Below the pieces are notes generated by a model. That model worked only from the letters and a program-made list of their open reading frames with translations, had not been told where the DNA came from and did no database searches. The translations under genes were made by a program, and so were the position numbers. A DNA stretch of 64,000 nt from Octopus vulgaris (Eukaryota), in the NCBI GenBank assembly GCA_951406725.2, contig OX597825.1:73966001-74030000 (forward strand), written 5' to 3'. Position 1 is the first letter of the stretch. Each line of letters starts with the position of its first letter. Of this stretch, positions 1-12,088 are shown in pieces.

Positions 1-741
1 GCGAATGAACTACGTTGCTCCTTGTTAAGCATTTCTCTTAAAATATTAAAAACAGTTGCTCGTATGCAGAATGAAATCCTGGAATTTCTGGCAATCTATC
101 AATTAGAATTAATTGTAACAACTGCCGTGCTACCACGTCAAATCAGTTGATTGAATTAGTTCGGTCACTAACCGAAAAACCTAACCAAATATATTGAATT
201 ATTGCTTACATATATGATTCAACACATCATTCATAGGAAACATATTGAATTAGATAGGCATGTTTAGCTCTTGTTGAGGCCTTGTTGCATAAAATAGAGA
301 GCGATTAAGCAAACAGAATACAATAGATAATATTATTAATGTTATTGGTTAGTGTCATCGATCTACGAAAGATGAATTAGATGTTATCTGCATGAACTGA
401 CGTCAGTGCATAAGTACTGATACTGGATAAACACTAAATAAACTAATTAATTCTATGACCGTCTTTAGTGGATTGGTAGAAGACTTCGACCGTTGGACAA
501 AATGGCGAACAACTCTTGGCTGTGGAAGTTCAAATAACATGAAGCATTTCTCATTCGGCTTTGCTTTTTTTATATTTTTCAATATCGATAAAATAGATCA
601 CCTGTGAAGAACTGCAGGCAATTTAGCCCTATTTTTAACGATATTTCTGTTGAAACGCATTGCCTTTGTTCCAATAAACTGTTTAAAAAAGGAAGAATTT
701 GGTAAAAATAACTTTATCGTTACTAAGCTGAGTAATACAGT

Positions 742-1110
742 GAGGTGGCAGAATCGTTAGGACGCCGGGAAAAATGCTTAGCGATATTTAGTCCGTTTTT
801 ACATTCAGAGTTCAAATTCTGCCGAGGTCGACTTTGCCTTTCATGCTTTCGGAGTCGATAAATTAAGTACCAGTTACGCACTGGGGTCGATGTAATCGAC
901 TTAATCCGTTTTTCTGTCTTTGTTTGTCCTCTCTGTGTTTAGCCCCTTGTGGGTAGTAAAGAAATAGGTATTTAGCCTCTCTTTACATTCAGAGTTCAAA
1001 TTCCGCCGAGGGCGACTTTGCCTTTCATCCTTTGGTGGGTGGATAAATTAAGCGCTTGTTGATCGCTGGTGGCCTTGCTAGCCCTGTGCTAAGATTTGAA
1101 ACCATTATCA
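742..1110 (+). mobile_element. SINE family A, composite dimer (head + tail type 1 + repeated internal unit + older tail type)
   Basis: A-box-like TGGCAGAATCGTTAG, B-box GAGTTCAAATTC, body GGTCGACTTTGCCTTTCATCCTTTCGGGGTCGATAAATTAAGTACCAG recurring >15 times in the window; junction AAAGAAATAGGTATTT at ~958-973. Confidence 0.85.
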
Positions 1111-1134
1111 AGATGGTTAATGCAGCAAGTTTTC

Positions 1135-1870
1135 AAAATCGTTAGCGCGTCGGACAAAATACTTAGCGGCATATCTTACAGCTCTTTACGTACTGATCTC
1201 AAGTCCCGCTTAAAGCAACTGTACTTCTTCTTCCATTCGAGGTCGATAAAATAAAGTACCAAATTCCCTCCCCTCAAAAAATGGACCAGCATTAGAAAGA
1301 CATATTAAGCTGATTACCATATTTGCTTACAGTATTCCTGTTGAAATACATTGCCTTTGATTCAAATAAGTTTGGAGATGAAAAATTTAGTAAAATATTG
1401 TTATTATTAAAAGGCGGTGAGCTGGCAGAACCGCTAGCGCGCCTTGCGCCGAGCAAAGTGCTTAGCAGTATTTCGCCCGTCGCTACGTTCTGAGTTCAAA
1501 TGTCACCGAGGTCGATTTTGCCTTTCGTCCTTTCGGGGTCGATAAATTAAGTACTAGTGAAACACTGGGGGCGATGTAATCGACTAGCCCCCTTCCCCAA
1601 AATTTCAGGCCTCGTGCCTTTAGAAGAAAGGATTATTAAACTGATGGAAAGCGGCGAGCTGGTAGAATGTTCAGCACGCTGGACGAAATGCTTAGCGGTA
1701 TTTCACCTAATCGCTACGTTCTGAGTTCAAATTCCGCCGTGGTCGATTTTGGCTTTCATCCTTTCGGGATTGATAAATGAAGTACCAGTAAAACACTGGG
1801 GCCAATGTAATCGACTCATCCCCACCCACAAAATGGCTGCCCTTGTGGAAAAATTTGAAGCCATTATTAA
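1135..1870 (+). mobile_element. Cluster of three diverged SINE A copies (~1135-1300, 1411-1638, 1650-1868)
   Basis: Heads GGCGGTGAGCTGGCAGAA / GCGGCGAGCTGGTAGAA, B-box, shared body; alternative tail CCCCAAAATTTCAGGCCT / GGCTGCCCTTGTG. Confidence 0.8.
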
Positions 1871-2290
1871 GCTGTTGTTTAGTATTTACAATATCATGAT
1901 TTTTCATGGATGGTTTAATTTCAGAAGTCTGTCAAAAAAGAAGTTTGTGTTACAGAACCAGGAGCACCGCAAGATTGTGGTCCTGTGTCTATGTAGGTTA
2001 GATTATGTTAAAGACAAATTAATGAAGTAGGAGATCAGTTCAGCTCGTGGCGAAATTCCTGCTCGATCTATTTGTAAATTTTCTATTCGTCTAAGATTTA
2101 GTAGAAGAACCATGGGCTTAATCTGACCAGAGGATTGTTGAACAACAACAACAACAACAATAACAACATGCCAACACAAATTATCAAGCGGTGGTGGGCG
2201 AGAAAACAAACGAAAAACAATGCGTAATTTCACACACACACACACACACACACAAACAGACATACACGTGCACACACACATGTATGTATG

Positions 2291-2333
<43 letters not shown>

Positions 2334-2513
2334 CTAAGAAATTCCAACTCTGTTTTTTATGTTTTATTTATATTCTTTATAATATTAATGTAGAATATAT
2401 AGTATAAATAATATAGATATAGTAAAATGAAATGAAGTATTGATTGTCTTATTGAATAGATGAAATATCGAATATCAAATATTAAGGGACTAGTATACTT
2501 TCTTGCATTTAAG

Positions 2514-2585
2514 CAGTTTTCAAGGTCCCTCACAATGTACGCATTACAAAATATCAGTTGAAAGATTCTGTAGTCACTTCATCCG
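2514..2585 (+). CDS. Candidate 72-nt (or 69-nt) symmetric phase-1 coding exon, VFKVPHNVRITKYQLKDSVVTSS
   Basis: Pyrimidine tract TATACTTTCTTGCATTT, tandem AAG-CAG acceptor, open frame, strong donor CCG|GTGAGT at 2586; non-repetitive context; no homology recognised. Confidence 0.3.
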
Positions 2586-3407
2586 GTGAGTATAGAGAAG
2601 GTTCTACATTCTGGGAACTGCTCTATCGATATTTTTGCCGATTGTTACTTGTAACTCCTAACTTATTTCTAAACTCACATGCAGTTCTTCAAAAGCCTTC
2701 CAACCCTCACAATTACCTCTTTCTTCGTCACAACTACAATACATCGGTAACAAATACCCCTCAGTTTGTCCTCCCAGTTTTAAAGACGTTAAGATGTGAT
2801 TTGAACGATATTTTAGTTGATTTCTATATCTAATTCATCTAGCAACACTTGTTTACTAGAAAACATATTCTTCAACATAACCCGGTTCTTTCTTTGTCTC
2901 ATGTCCAACAACGAAGCTAAATCATTGCTAAAAAAAAATTTTCCATTGAATCATATTCCAGATCATCGATAACGCATTCTGTGCCACATTTAATCTCATT
3001 TCTTTGGTTTATCTATCTCGATATATGTATATTTTTTTCTACGTTTCTCTTCAATTGTCTTCCTATCATCCATTCATATTTTTTTTTTATCATTCATTTT
3101 TGTTACCTTCATTGATTTCCATTTTGTCTTACAAATTTCGTGATGTTTTTAATATATAAATATTCGTTAGAATCAATGAGGAATCACACAAAAAATCGAA
3201 ACAATAACAAATAAATAAATAAATAAATAAAATTTAAAAAAAAAAACGAAGAAAAAAAAAAGAGATGTTTCTTACAATGAAAAGGAGAATTATCAACAGC
3301 CACCAGCGAAGTTTGCTTGCAAAAGTAATTATCGCTTAAATATATCGCGGAATATTTTGACTTCACTTTTTGTTAAGTTTTGGTGCAATGTACTATTTAT
3401 TGTATCG

Positions 3408-3409
<2 letters not shown>

Positions 3410-3453
<44 letters not shown>

Positions 3454-3497
3454 CATACATGCATATACATAGACATATATATATATATGTATATATG

Positions 3498-3567
<70 letters not shown>

Positions 3568-3733
3568 CGTACATGTATATAAATGGATGCACGTATGTAT
3601 ATATATGCATATATATACATAAGCACAGATATGTATACACACATATAAATATGTATGCATAAATATATGTGAATCTATACATATATATATGTTTGTATAT
3701 GCATATATATATACACGTATTTATACATATATG

Positions 3734-3773
<40 letters not shown>

Positions 3774-3790
3774 CATATATATATATGTGT
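3410..3790. repeat. Compound (TA)n/(TACA)n microsatellite
   Basis: Directly visible; source of YI-repeat ORFs. Confidence 0.95.
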
Positions 3791-4515
3791 GTATTTATCT
3801 ATATAATTTTTTAATCAATTCACAGTTCACCTCATTCTTTTTCCATTCTCCTATATCTGACCTAAATAAAACCAACAACATTTCAACATTTACTCTATGC
3901 TCCCCCCGCAGCCCACCACCACCACCACCACATCCACCACCAAACAAAAAAGAAAACTTTGCCTACATTTGGACGTGGCATCATTAGTAATGTGTAAGAA
4001 GAACAAGAAGCAAAATAAAGAAAGATTTTATTTGAAACCTATATTTATAGAGGATCATTATAATTTAAAATAAAAAATAATCAAGCAAGAATACCGTATT
4101 GAGGCATTGATTAATATTTAGTGTAAATCTTTTATTCGTGTGTTCGAGGCAAAAGAAAGAATCTGCAAAACAAACTACAAAAATGACGCCATGTTGGAAA
4201 GTCAAAAATATATATCCCAATTAGGTTTAGAACAGGAAAAAAATCACGATGAAAAAGAAAAACATAACTAAACAATGAAAATGCGAATTTCCAAAGCAGT
4301 TTATCTGCTGTATTTAATAGTATTTTTTTAACAGCTTATTGGATAATATTTTAGCTTTATATCAAATAATATTCCTCATGTTTCGCTTTGGGACTTCGTC
4401 TTCTGATGGGATCGTAGCGGCGCTGTTGTAATGTACGGTGTATCTTGCTAGCTTTTTTGAGACCAAATGGGCACCTTTCCTTCTATAGACTAGACCATAC
4501 CATATCCAATTTCTT

Positions 4516-4592
<77 letters not shown>

Positions 4593-4979
4593 ATAGAAGG
4601 AGCTTCTACAGGACTAGAACTGTTTCATTCAGATGAATTGAGTACCTTATTTACTGTGGTTAACCCCGACTCAACCCGGGACCTACACACATATATATAT
4701 ATATATATATCATATGTATGTATGAATAAATGTATGCATGTGTATAGATAAAAATCAAACCTTGTTGGTGGTGATCAACTAGACTCCAGTACAGGACTGG
4801 TACTAAATGTATCGACTCCGAAAAGTCGAAATGGTTGATCTCGGCTAAATTTAAACTCGGAAGTGCAGAAAGTCGGAACGACCAGGACAAGGCAATTTGT
4901 CCGACGCTTCAACGACTCAATGTTCAATGTTAAGATGATATATTGCTTCGTTCTTTCACTAGTGCTCTTAGTAACAATA

Positions 4980-5177
4980 CTCTCTCTCTTTACTCTTTTA
5001 CTTGTTTCAGTAATTTGACTGCGGCCATGCTGGAGCACCGCCTTTAATCGAGCAAATCGACCCCGGGACTTATTCTTTGTAAGCCCAGTACTTATTCTAT
5101 CGTCCCCTTTTGCCGAACCGCTAAGTTACGGGGGACCTGAACACACCAGGGGAACAAACACAGAAACACGAACATAT

Positions 5178-5233
<56 letters not shown>

Positions 5234-5397
5234 GACAGGCTTCTTTCAGTTTCCGTCTACCAAATCCACTCATAAGGCATTGGCCGATCCGGGGCTATAG
5301 CAGAAGACAGTTGCCCAAGATGCCACGCATTGGGACTGAACCCGGAACCATGTGGTTGGTAAGCAAGCTACTTACCACACAGCTACTCCTGCGCCTT
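4980..5397 (-). mobile_element. SINE family B, full length, internal (TA)n/(TG)n tract, 8-bp TSD
   Basis: Reverse complement of head GGCGCAGGAGTAGCTGTGTGGTAAG..GGTTCAGTCCC and tail ..GCGGTGCTCCAGCATGGCCGCAGTCAAA..GAAACAAGTAAAAGAGTAAA; TAACAATA at 4972-4979 and 5398-5405. Confidence 0.9.
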
Positions 5398-5807
5398 TAA
5401 CAATAAAGTTAAACGTTATCAAAAATGCTGAAAACACACACACAAAAAAGAAAGAATCGAGTCGCTGAATATTCTATGCCCCTATGTTAGTATTATAATA
5501 CTAAATATTCAGGAGGGAATTCAGCGAATATGTGCTGTTACGGCCACAAGCGCATGCAACAGAGTGGACCCCGCTAAAAGCAACCAAGGGAAAAGGCAGC
5601 AGTGTTAAACTGGGCACGCTGGGTGACTTACCATGTATTAACCTGCTTCTTGTGTTTCTGTTTAGCACGAATATATTGGGATCTGCCTACTATAAAGAAG
5701 TAGCAACGCCCACCAACATTACCTCATCTTGAAGATGGGACTGTGAAGGTATAGAAATGATGAAGACGGGCTTCAGAACTTTATGGTACGAAAGATACAG
5801 CGGCGAG

Positions 5808-5969
5808 CACTGTCGTAGCTAGAGCGTGTGCAACTCGGCATGGCCGTTCATTTTGCCGCTCACGGCCGCCCACGAAAAATACATATTACATAGATTCAAG
5901 AGTGGTGCCGCCCTCACAAAAGTGCTTTCAGGGGTGGTGTGCCCCCCGCCCCCTCTAGCTACGCTAGTG
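5808..5969. mobile_element. hAT-like MITE
   Basis: TIRs CACTGTCGTAGCTAGAG / revcomp CACTAGCGTAGCTAGAG; 8-bp TSD GCGGCGAG (5800-5807) / GCGACGAG (5970-5977); 8-bp TSDs are typical of hAT. Confidence 0.75.
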
Positions 5970-6076
5970 GCGACGAGGAACTCAAACGGAAATATGAAGA
6001 AAAACACCACAAGTGAGAAACAAGCAGAACAATGTTTACTAAAAAGCTGCATACATATGCATATATACATATATGC

Positions 6077-6122
<46 letters not shown>

Positions 6123-6235
6123 ATATTTCGGAATGGTCATTTTGCCAGTTTAGCCAATAAAAACACACGCACTATATATTTGGTGTTACTTGCTTCAGTG
6201 TTATTTATTTTTTACATTAACCTTAATCTTATTTC

Positions 6236-6280
6236 GGCCAGAGTTCTTTCGTCACACTCCCATGACCGCATCAGTGGTCC
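6236..6280 (-). ncRNA. Degenerate minimal hammerhead ribozyme motif
   Basis: Minus strand: GGACCA-CTGATG(C)G-GTCAT-GGGAGT-GTGAC-GAAA-GAAC-TC-TGGCC; stem I CCA/TGG, stem II GTCAT/GTGAC, core A9 replaced by C. Confidence 0.5.
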
Positions 6281-6351
6281 TTTGTTTTCTTCTTTCTTAT
6301 TTGTGTCTCTCCTTACTAACCGTCAGCCATTTTGTATTTCTATTGTATGTC

Positions 6352-6510
6352 TACTCTTGGGTCTACTGTAGGTAATATATATTTTTCGTGGGCGGCCGTG
6401 AGCGGCAAAATGAACGGCCGTGCCGAGTTGCCGGCAAAATGAACGGCCGTGCCGAGTTGCACACGCCCTAGCTACGCCAGTGCTCGCCGCAGTATCTTTC
6501 GTACCATAAA
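6352..6510 (-). repeat. Inverted copy of ~5779-5903 with an internal ~29-bp tandem duplication
   Basis: Revcomp reads TTTATGGTACGAAAGATACTGCGGCGAGCACTGGCGTAGCTAG..CACGAAAAATATATATTAC; CGGCAAAATGAACGGCCGTGCCGAGTTGC occurs twice. Confidence 0.9.
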
Positions 6511-6615
6511 TATATATAATTGAAGGATAAAAGCACGTTTATGATTATATCAAATAAGTAGCATGAAGTAAAACCTTGTAGGTAATTTATATATTAAATT
6601 AAAAATTATAGCAAT

Positions 6616-6691
<76 letters not shown>

Positions 6692-6820
6692 TTATGTACT
6701 TGTATAGGTGTATATATTTGATTATGTATGTATATGTGAATATATATTTATATATATATATATATATTAAATTGTACGTGAATCTTGTTTCAAGTATATA
6801 TTTATATTTTGAAAGTACTT

Positions 6821-6952
6821 TATAATCTCTGACGAGGCCTATGGATATATATATAAGTACCTTATTTTTAACTGGCAACTACCTCAATATAATTGACAAG
6901 TATAGACACAAAGTTACTTTTTTCCATAGGCTGAAAGAGCTGTAAGTGATTT
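6821..6952 (+). ncRNA. Hammerhead ribozyme motif with long loop II (Penelope-type)
   Basis: CTGACGA 6829-6835; 10-bp stem II GGCCTATGGA (6836-6845)/TCCATAGGCT (6923-6932); GAAA 6933-6936; GAGCT-GTA (C15.2 apparently mutated to G); weak stem I. Confidence 0.6.
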
Positions 6953-7146
6953 TAATCATTCTAGCAATTTATATTGATGTTTTTTTTAATAACTACTTGT
7001 ATTCTTATCTTAAATGTATTGAATTTTATACTGTATATATGTATGTTATTATGGTTGTATTTTTGATAATTAGATAAGTCAACATTCTAATATTTAAATA
7101 TCCTAAAGCTGATAAACCAAATAATGTGTTTCACCATTTTCTTATT

Positions 7147-7200
<54 letters not shown>

Positions 7201-7204
<4 letters not shown>

Positions 7205-7650
7205 TATTAAGGGACCAGGATAAAAAAAAATTTCCCCTAAAATGCTGGAATTAAACGCCAAAGGCAATAAGAAACTGCCGCTTATCTAAAAAAAGAAAAC
7301 AGGTCGTAATCGGACAAATGAAAAGATACTAAAGAAAGCTACACAGACAATTGTGGATTAAACCCATAAAAAAAGCTTTTTTTCATCGTCAGTACAACAT
7401 ACTGGAATGTAAACATAAATACTTATACATACCCGTACAAAACGAATTTGCACGTCTACATAGACATATTTGCACGTATAGACCAGAATAAGTCAGATTT
7501 ATACTTTCTCATTTCAACCATGCGATTTTTGTTATCAGGAGTAATAATGTTTTTGGGAGTAATTTAGCAGTTTCTTAATGCCTTTGACTTTTGACTTCTA
7601 TTTCCATCATGCAGGAGAAGAGTCTTTTTATTCTGATCCCTTAATATAAT
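7201..7650. mobile_element. Fold-back/MITE-like element with ~85-bp imperfect terminal inverted repeats, between (TA)n tracts
   Basis: ATTATATTAAGGGACCAGGATAAAAA..CAAAGGCAATAAGAAACTGC versus GCAGTTTCTTAATGCCTTTG..TTTTTATTCTGATCCCTTAATATAAT. Confidence 0.75.
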
Positions 7651-7651
7651 C

Positions 7652-7682
<31 letters not shown>

Positions 7683-7703
7683 TGATTATTAATTTAGTAT
7701 ATG

Positions 7704-7759
<56 letters not shown>

Positions 7760-7762
<3 letters not shown>

Positions 7763-7925
7763 GAGTGGCTGTGTAGTAAGTAGCTTGTCTACCAACCACA
7801 TGGTTTCGGGTTCAGTCCCACTGCGTGGCACCTTGGGTAAGTGTCTTCTACTATAGCCTCGGGCCGACCAAAGCCTTGTGAGTGGATTTGGTAGACGGAA
7901 ACTGAAAGGAGCCCGTCGTATATAT

Positions 7926-7992
<67 letters not shown>

Positions 7993-8201
7993 TGTGTGTG
8001 TTTGTGTGTCTGTATTTGTCCCCTAGCATTGCTTGACAACTGATGCTGGTGTGTTTATCTCCCCGTTACTTAGCGGTTCGGCAAAAAGAGACCGATAGAA
8101 TAAGTACTGGGCTTACAAAAGAATAAGTCCCGCTTTTAAAGGCGGTGCTCCAGCATGGCCGCAGTCAAATGACTGAAACAAGTAAAAGAGTATAAAAGAG
8201 T
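7760..8201 (+). mobile_element. SINE family B with internal (TA)n
   Basis: GGAGTGGCTGTGTAGTAAG head, CORE-like CACCTTGGGTAAGTGTCT, (TA)n 7919-7989, tail ending GAAACAAGTAAAAGAGTA. Confidence 0.9.
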
Positions 8202-8417
8202 AATATATATATGTTTATATATAAAATGTTGAAATTATACAAAATGTATAATAGATGATGAGTAAAGCACCGGCAGAGTTTCGAATACCTGTTGTCATGT
8301 GTAGTTTTATTGCAGGAACTTCGTAGTAGCGGTTGGGGTAACAGTATTACACATTCCATCTTCTATTTTATTAATTTAGTATATATGTGTGTGTCTGTGT
8401 GTATGCTATATATGTAC

Positions 8418-8522
<105 letters not shown>

Positions 8523-8615
8523 CATCTTATAATTAAGGGCTAAAGAAGGTTATTCTAAAGCCAATACACTGATTTATTCACTTATAATCCACTTTATATA
8601 TATATATATATATAC

Positions 8616-8650
<35 letters not shown>

Positions 8651-8739
8651 TGTATGTATGTATGTATGTATGTATATATATATATATATATATATATACA
8701 TACATATATACATGTATATTATATATGTATATATATGCA

Positions 8740-9011
8740 TTTGACTGGCTCCCGTACCGGTGGCACGTAAAAAGCACCATCCGACCGTGGTGGATGCCAC
8801 CCATCTCTGACCCCTGTGCCAGTGGGGCACGTAAAGAAAGCACCCCTTACGCTCTCAGAATGGTAGGCATTAGGAAGGGCATCAGGCTATAGAAACACTA
8901 CCAGATCAGACTGGAGCCTGGTGCAGCCTCCTGGCTTCCCAGACCCCAGTTGACCTGTCTAACCCATGCCAACATGGAAAATGGAATTAAACGATGATGA
9001 TGATGATGATG
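8740..9011 (+). mobile_element. 3' part of another SINE with (GAT)n tail
   Basis: Duplicated GGCACGTAAA..AGCACC motif, TGGTAGGCATTAGGAAGGGCATC, ends TTAAACGATGATGATGATG. Confidence 0.6.
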
Positions 9012-9190
9012 TATATATACACATATGTATATATACATATATATGTATTCGTTTATTTTTTTATTCCTTTATATGTTTCAGCCTTGAGGCTGCGGCCATG
9101 CGGGGCACCACCATTGTATAATATATATATATTTATAATATATATGTATGTGTATATGTATATGTGTGTATATCTGCACAGCTATGCATG

Positions 9191-9236
<46 letters not shown>

Positions 9237-9373
9237 CACATACATGCATGTATTTGCATACATACAACTTTATAATGTATATATTTAAAATATATATGTA
9301 CGTATATATATACATGCACATATATATGTATATATGTATGTATGCATGTATGTATGTATGTATCTCTCTCTCT

Positions 9374-9520
<147 letters not shown>

Positions 9521-10579
9521 AGACAAATTGAGTGAATATATCAAAATATATGAAAGTAGCGACATCGCTAAATCTCTTGGAAATATTGATGCGTGATTAC
9601 TTTTCTCCTTTATTGAATAACATTTATAGAATTCTCGTTTTCTTGATCGAATGTCTTTCGCTTGTATTATTGGCATGTGGCAAATAGCTATTGAATTGTG
9701 AACAATTGCTAACATGTTGTTGAAATAATTAGATCTATGCGTCGAATTACTGTAATGCATTTCTCGCCAAGGAAAAGGACACACACAGCACGTAATGGAT
9801 TACCACGTGTTAGATGCTCGCGAACATTACATCGATATCCTTTCTAAAGAAGCGGAAGGGTGGCGAAATGTTAATCTGTCATGGTTAGCTTTTGCTAATA
9901 GATCGATTTCGATCACGGAGGTTTGCATCATGGATTTCATCTCGTTTCAAAGTAATAAGCAAATGGAAAAGTTTAAAAGTCTTTCGGGGGAATTCGTAAC
10001 CTTTGCTCGGTTCCGTATTAAACCTGCTTGTTGCATTGTGACTTTCTCTACATCTCCATATCTGATTCCGTATCCATCTATATCTCATTTGAGACGTCAT
10101 CTCGTCTCATTCTCATTTCACCTCCTGTCCAGTTGACGATTTAAATTATTCACAACATTATACGATGACTATATCTACATAATTGATTTAGGTTTGCGCT
10201 GTTGATGGCTATAAGTAATAAGAACAATAATAATCACTGCAAAGTGTATTTGAATGTCAGCTTGTCAAATAATAATTTATATTTGCGCCTTGTTCTATCA
10301 ATATTTCTAAGTAGATGTATATATGTCGCACAAAGCTTACTGGCTTCTGTTGACAAATTCTATAAAACACTAAGTATAAGTATGGCAATTCAGTCCTCTC
10401 GTGACATTGGAAGTCATTTCTAATAACAGGTGTAGAATACAAAGTCAATAAAACTATCTGTACAGGTTTTAGTCTTCCGAATCAACGCATTAATCCAATA
10501 ATCAGAATTCAATTTTGTCCACATATTTATATGAACGCAAACATATGCTCACATAGATACATATATACACGTCTGTTTG

Positions 10580-10719
<140 letters not shown>

Positions 10720-11504
10720 CATCCCAAGGTAAAATATACTTGTCCAAGATGCCACGTAATAGGACTAAATTCGGAACCATATGCACGGGTTCGTGCGGGC
10801 GCATGTGTGCCTGTGTGTATGTACGTACACTTTTATCTAATAATAATTCTGCTTGTCACTCCGTTACTTAGCCCATCCGGAGCGCTATCATGAGATCAGT
10901 CGAAGGGGGAGGAGAGGTGGAGGGAGAGGTGGAGGTGAAATGTGTAATTTTTTTTTGAACTACGTTTTTTCTTCCGTTACTTAGCCCGTCTGGATCGCTA
11001 TCACGTGATTAGTTGAAGGGACAGGCAAAACGTGAATAAAAAAAAAAAGAGAGAAAAAGAGGGTAAGGCGCAGAATGAGAGAGAAGGATGCAGAGTGCTA
11101 TGTATTAAGTCTATTAAAATCTGCATAAAGTATATAAAATGTATATATGAAGTGCATTAAGTAATCATCGTATTCCAATTTCCTTCATTTTTCAATGAAT
11201 AGCAGATGAGCGACTATCTTTTGATACAGACACAACACATGTTTGATGCATTAACCTGAACAACATTAAATATCTTTCTGAGAGATTTATGCAGTGGGGA
11301 ATAAAACATCGTTAAATCATTTATAAATGTTATTTTAATCAGGTAAAAACGTAATTTGATCAAATTAGTTCTCCCCAGTTGAAGCATTTACACATACTAG
11401 CGGGACACGTAAATGTTTCACGGAATTAATAGTAAACCTATTGGGTTATTTCTGAAAACTTTATCCGAGAGAACTGAAAGCTTAACCTGTGGTGTGTCTG
11501 TACG

Positions 11505-12049
11505 TAGTAGGTACTTATTCAATCGACCCCGAAAGGGTGAAAAGCAAAGTCGACCTCGGCGGAATTTGAACTCAGAACGTAGCGTCAGACGAAATACCTA
11601 TTTCTTTACAACCCACAAGGGGCTAAACACAGAGAGGACAAACAAGGACAAACGGATTAAGTCGATTATATCGACCCCAGTAACAGGCGGCGAGCTGGCA
11701 GAAACGTTAGCACGCCGGGCGAAATGCTTAGCGGTATTTCGTCTGCGTTACGTTGTGAGTTCAAATTCCGCCGAGGTCGACTTTGCCTTTCATCCTTTCG
11801 GGGTCGATAAATTAAGTACCAGTTACGCACTGGGGTCGATGTAATCGACTTAATACCCGTGTCTGTCCTTGTTTGTCCCCTCTGTGTTTAGCCCCTTGTG
11901 GGTAATAAAGAAATAGGTATTTAATCGACCCCGAAAGGATGAAAGGCAACTTCGACCTCGGCGGAATTTGAACTCAGAACGTAAGGACGGACGAAATACG
12001 ACGACGCATTTCGCCCGGCGTGCTAACGATTCTGCCAGCTCGCCGCCTT
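11505..12049 (-). mobile_element. SINE A dimer on minus strand, interrupted by a plus-strand SINE A (11685-11921)
   Basis: Host head CTGCCAGCTCGCCGCC ends ~12048; host resumes at AATCGACCCCGAAAGG after the insert; internal junction GACGAAATACCTATTTCTTT ~11588-11607. Confidence 0.9.

Positions 12050-12088
<39 letters not shown>

Noticed and set aside
4600-4640. Possible half hammerhead GAAACAGTTCTA on the minus strand
   Set aside because: No CUGANGA box or stems; too short to support.
5626-5760. Minus-strand splice-like signals (CACAG acceptor, ATG|GTAAGT donor)
   Set aside because: The full interval has stops in all frames and the shorter alternatives have no independent support.
9795-10136. 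113-aa ATG-initiated ORF in unique sequence
   Set aside because: No recognisable motif; length attainable by chance; cannot be supported without expression data.
10835-11425. Possible additional Helitron ends (TC start at ~10836; minus-strand CTAG at ~11397)
   Set aside because: Orientations are inconsistent and the hairpin is degenerate; boundaries could not be defined.
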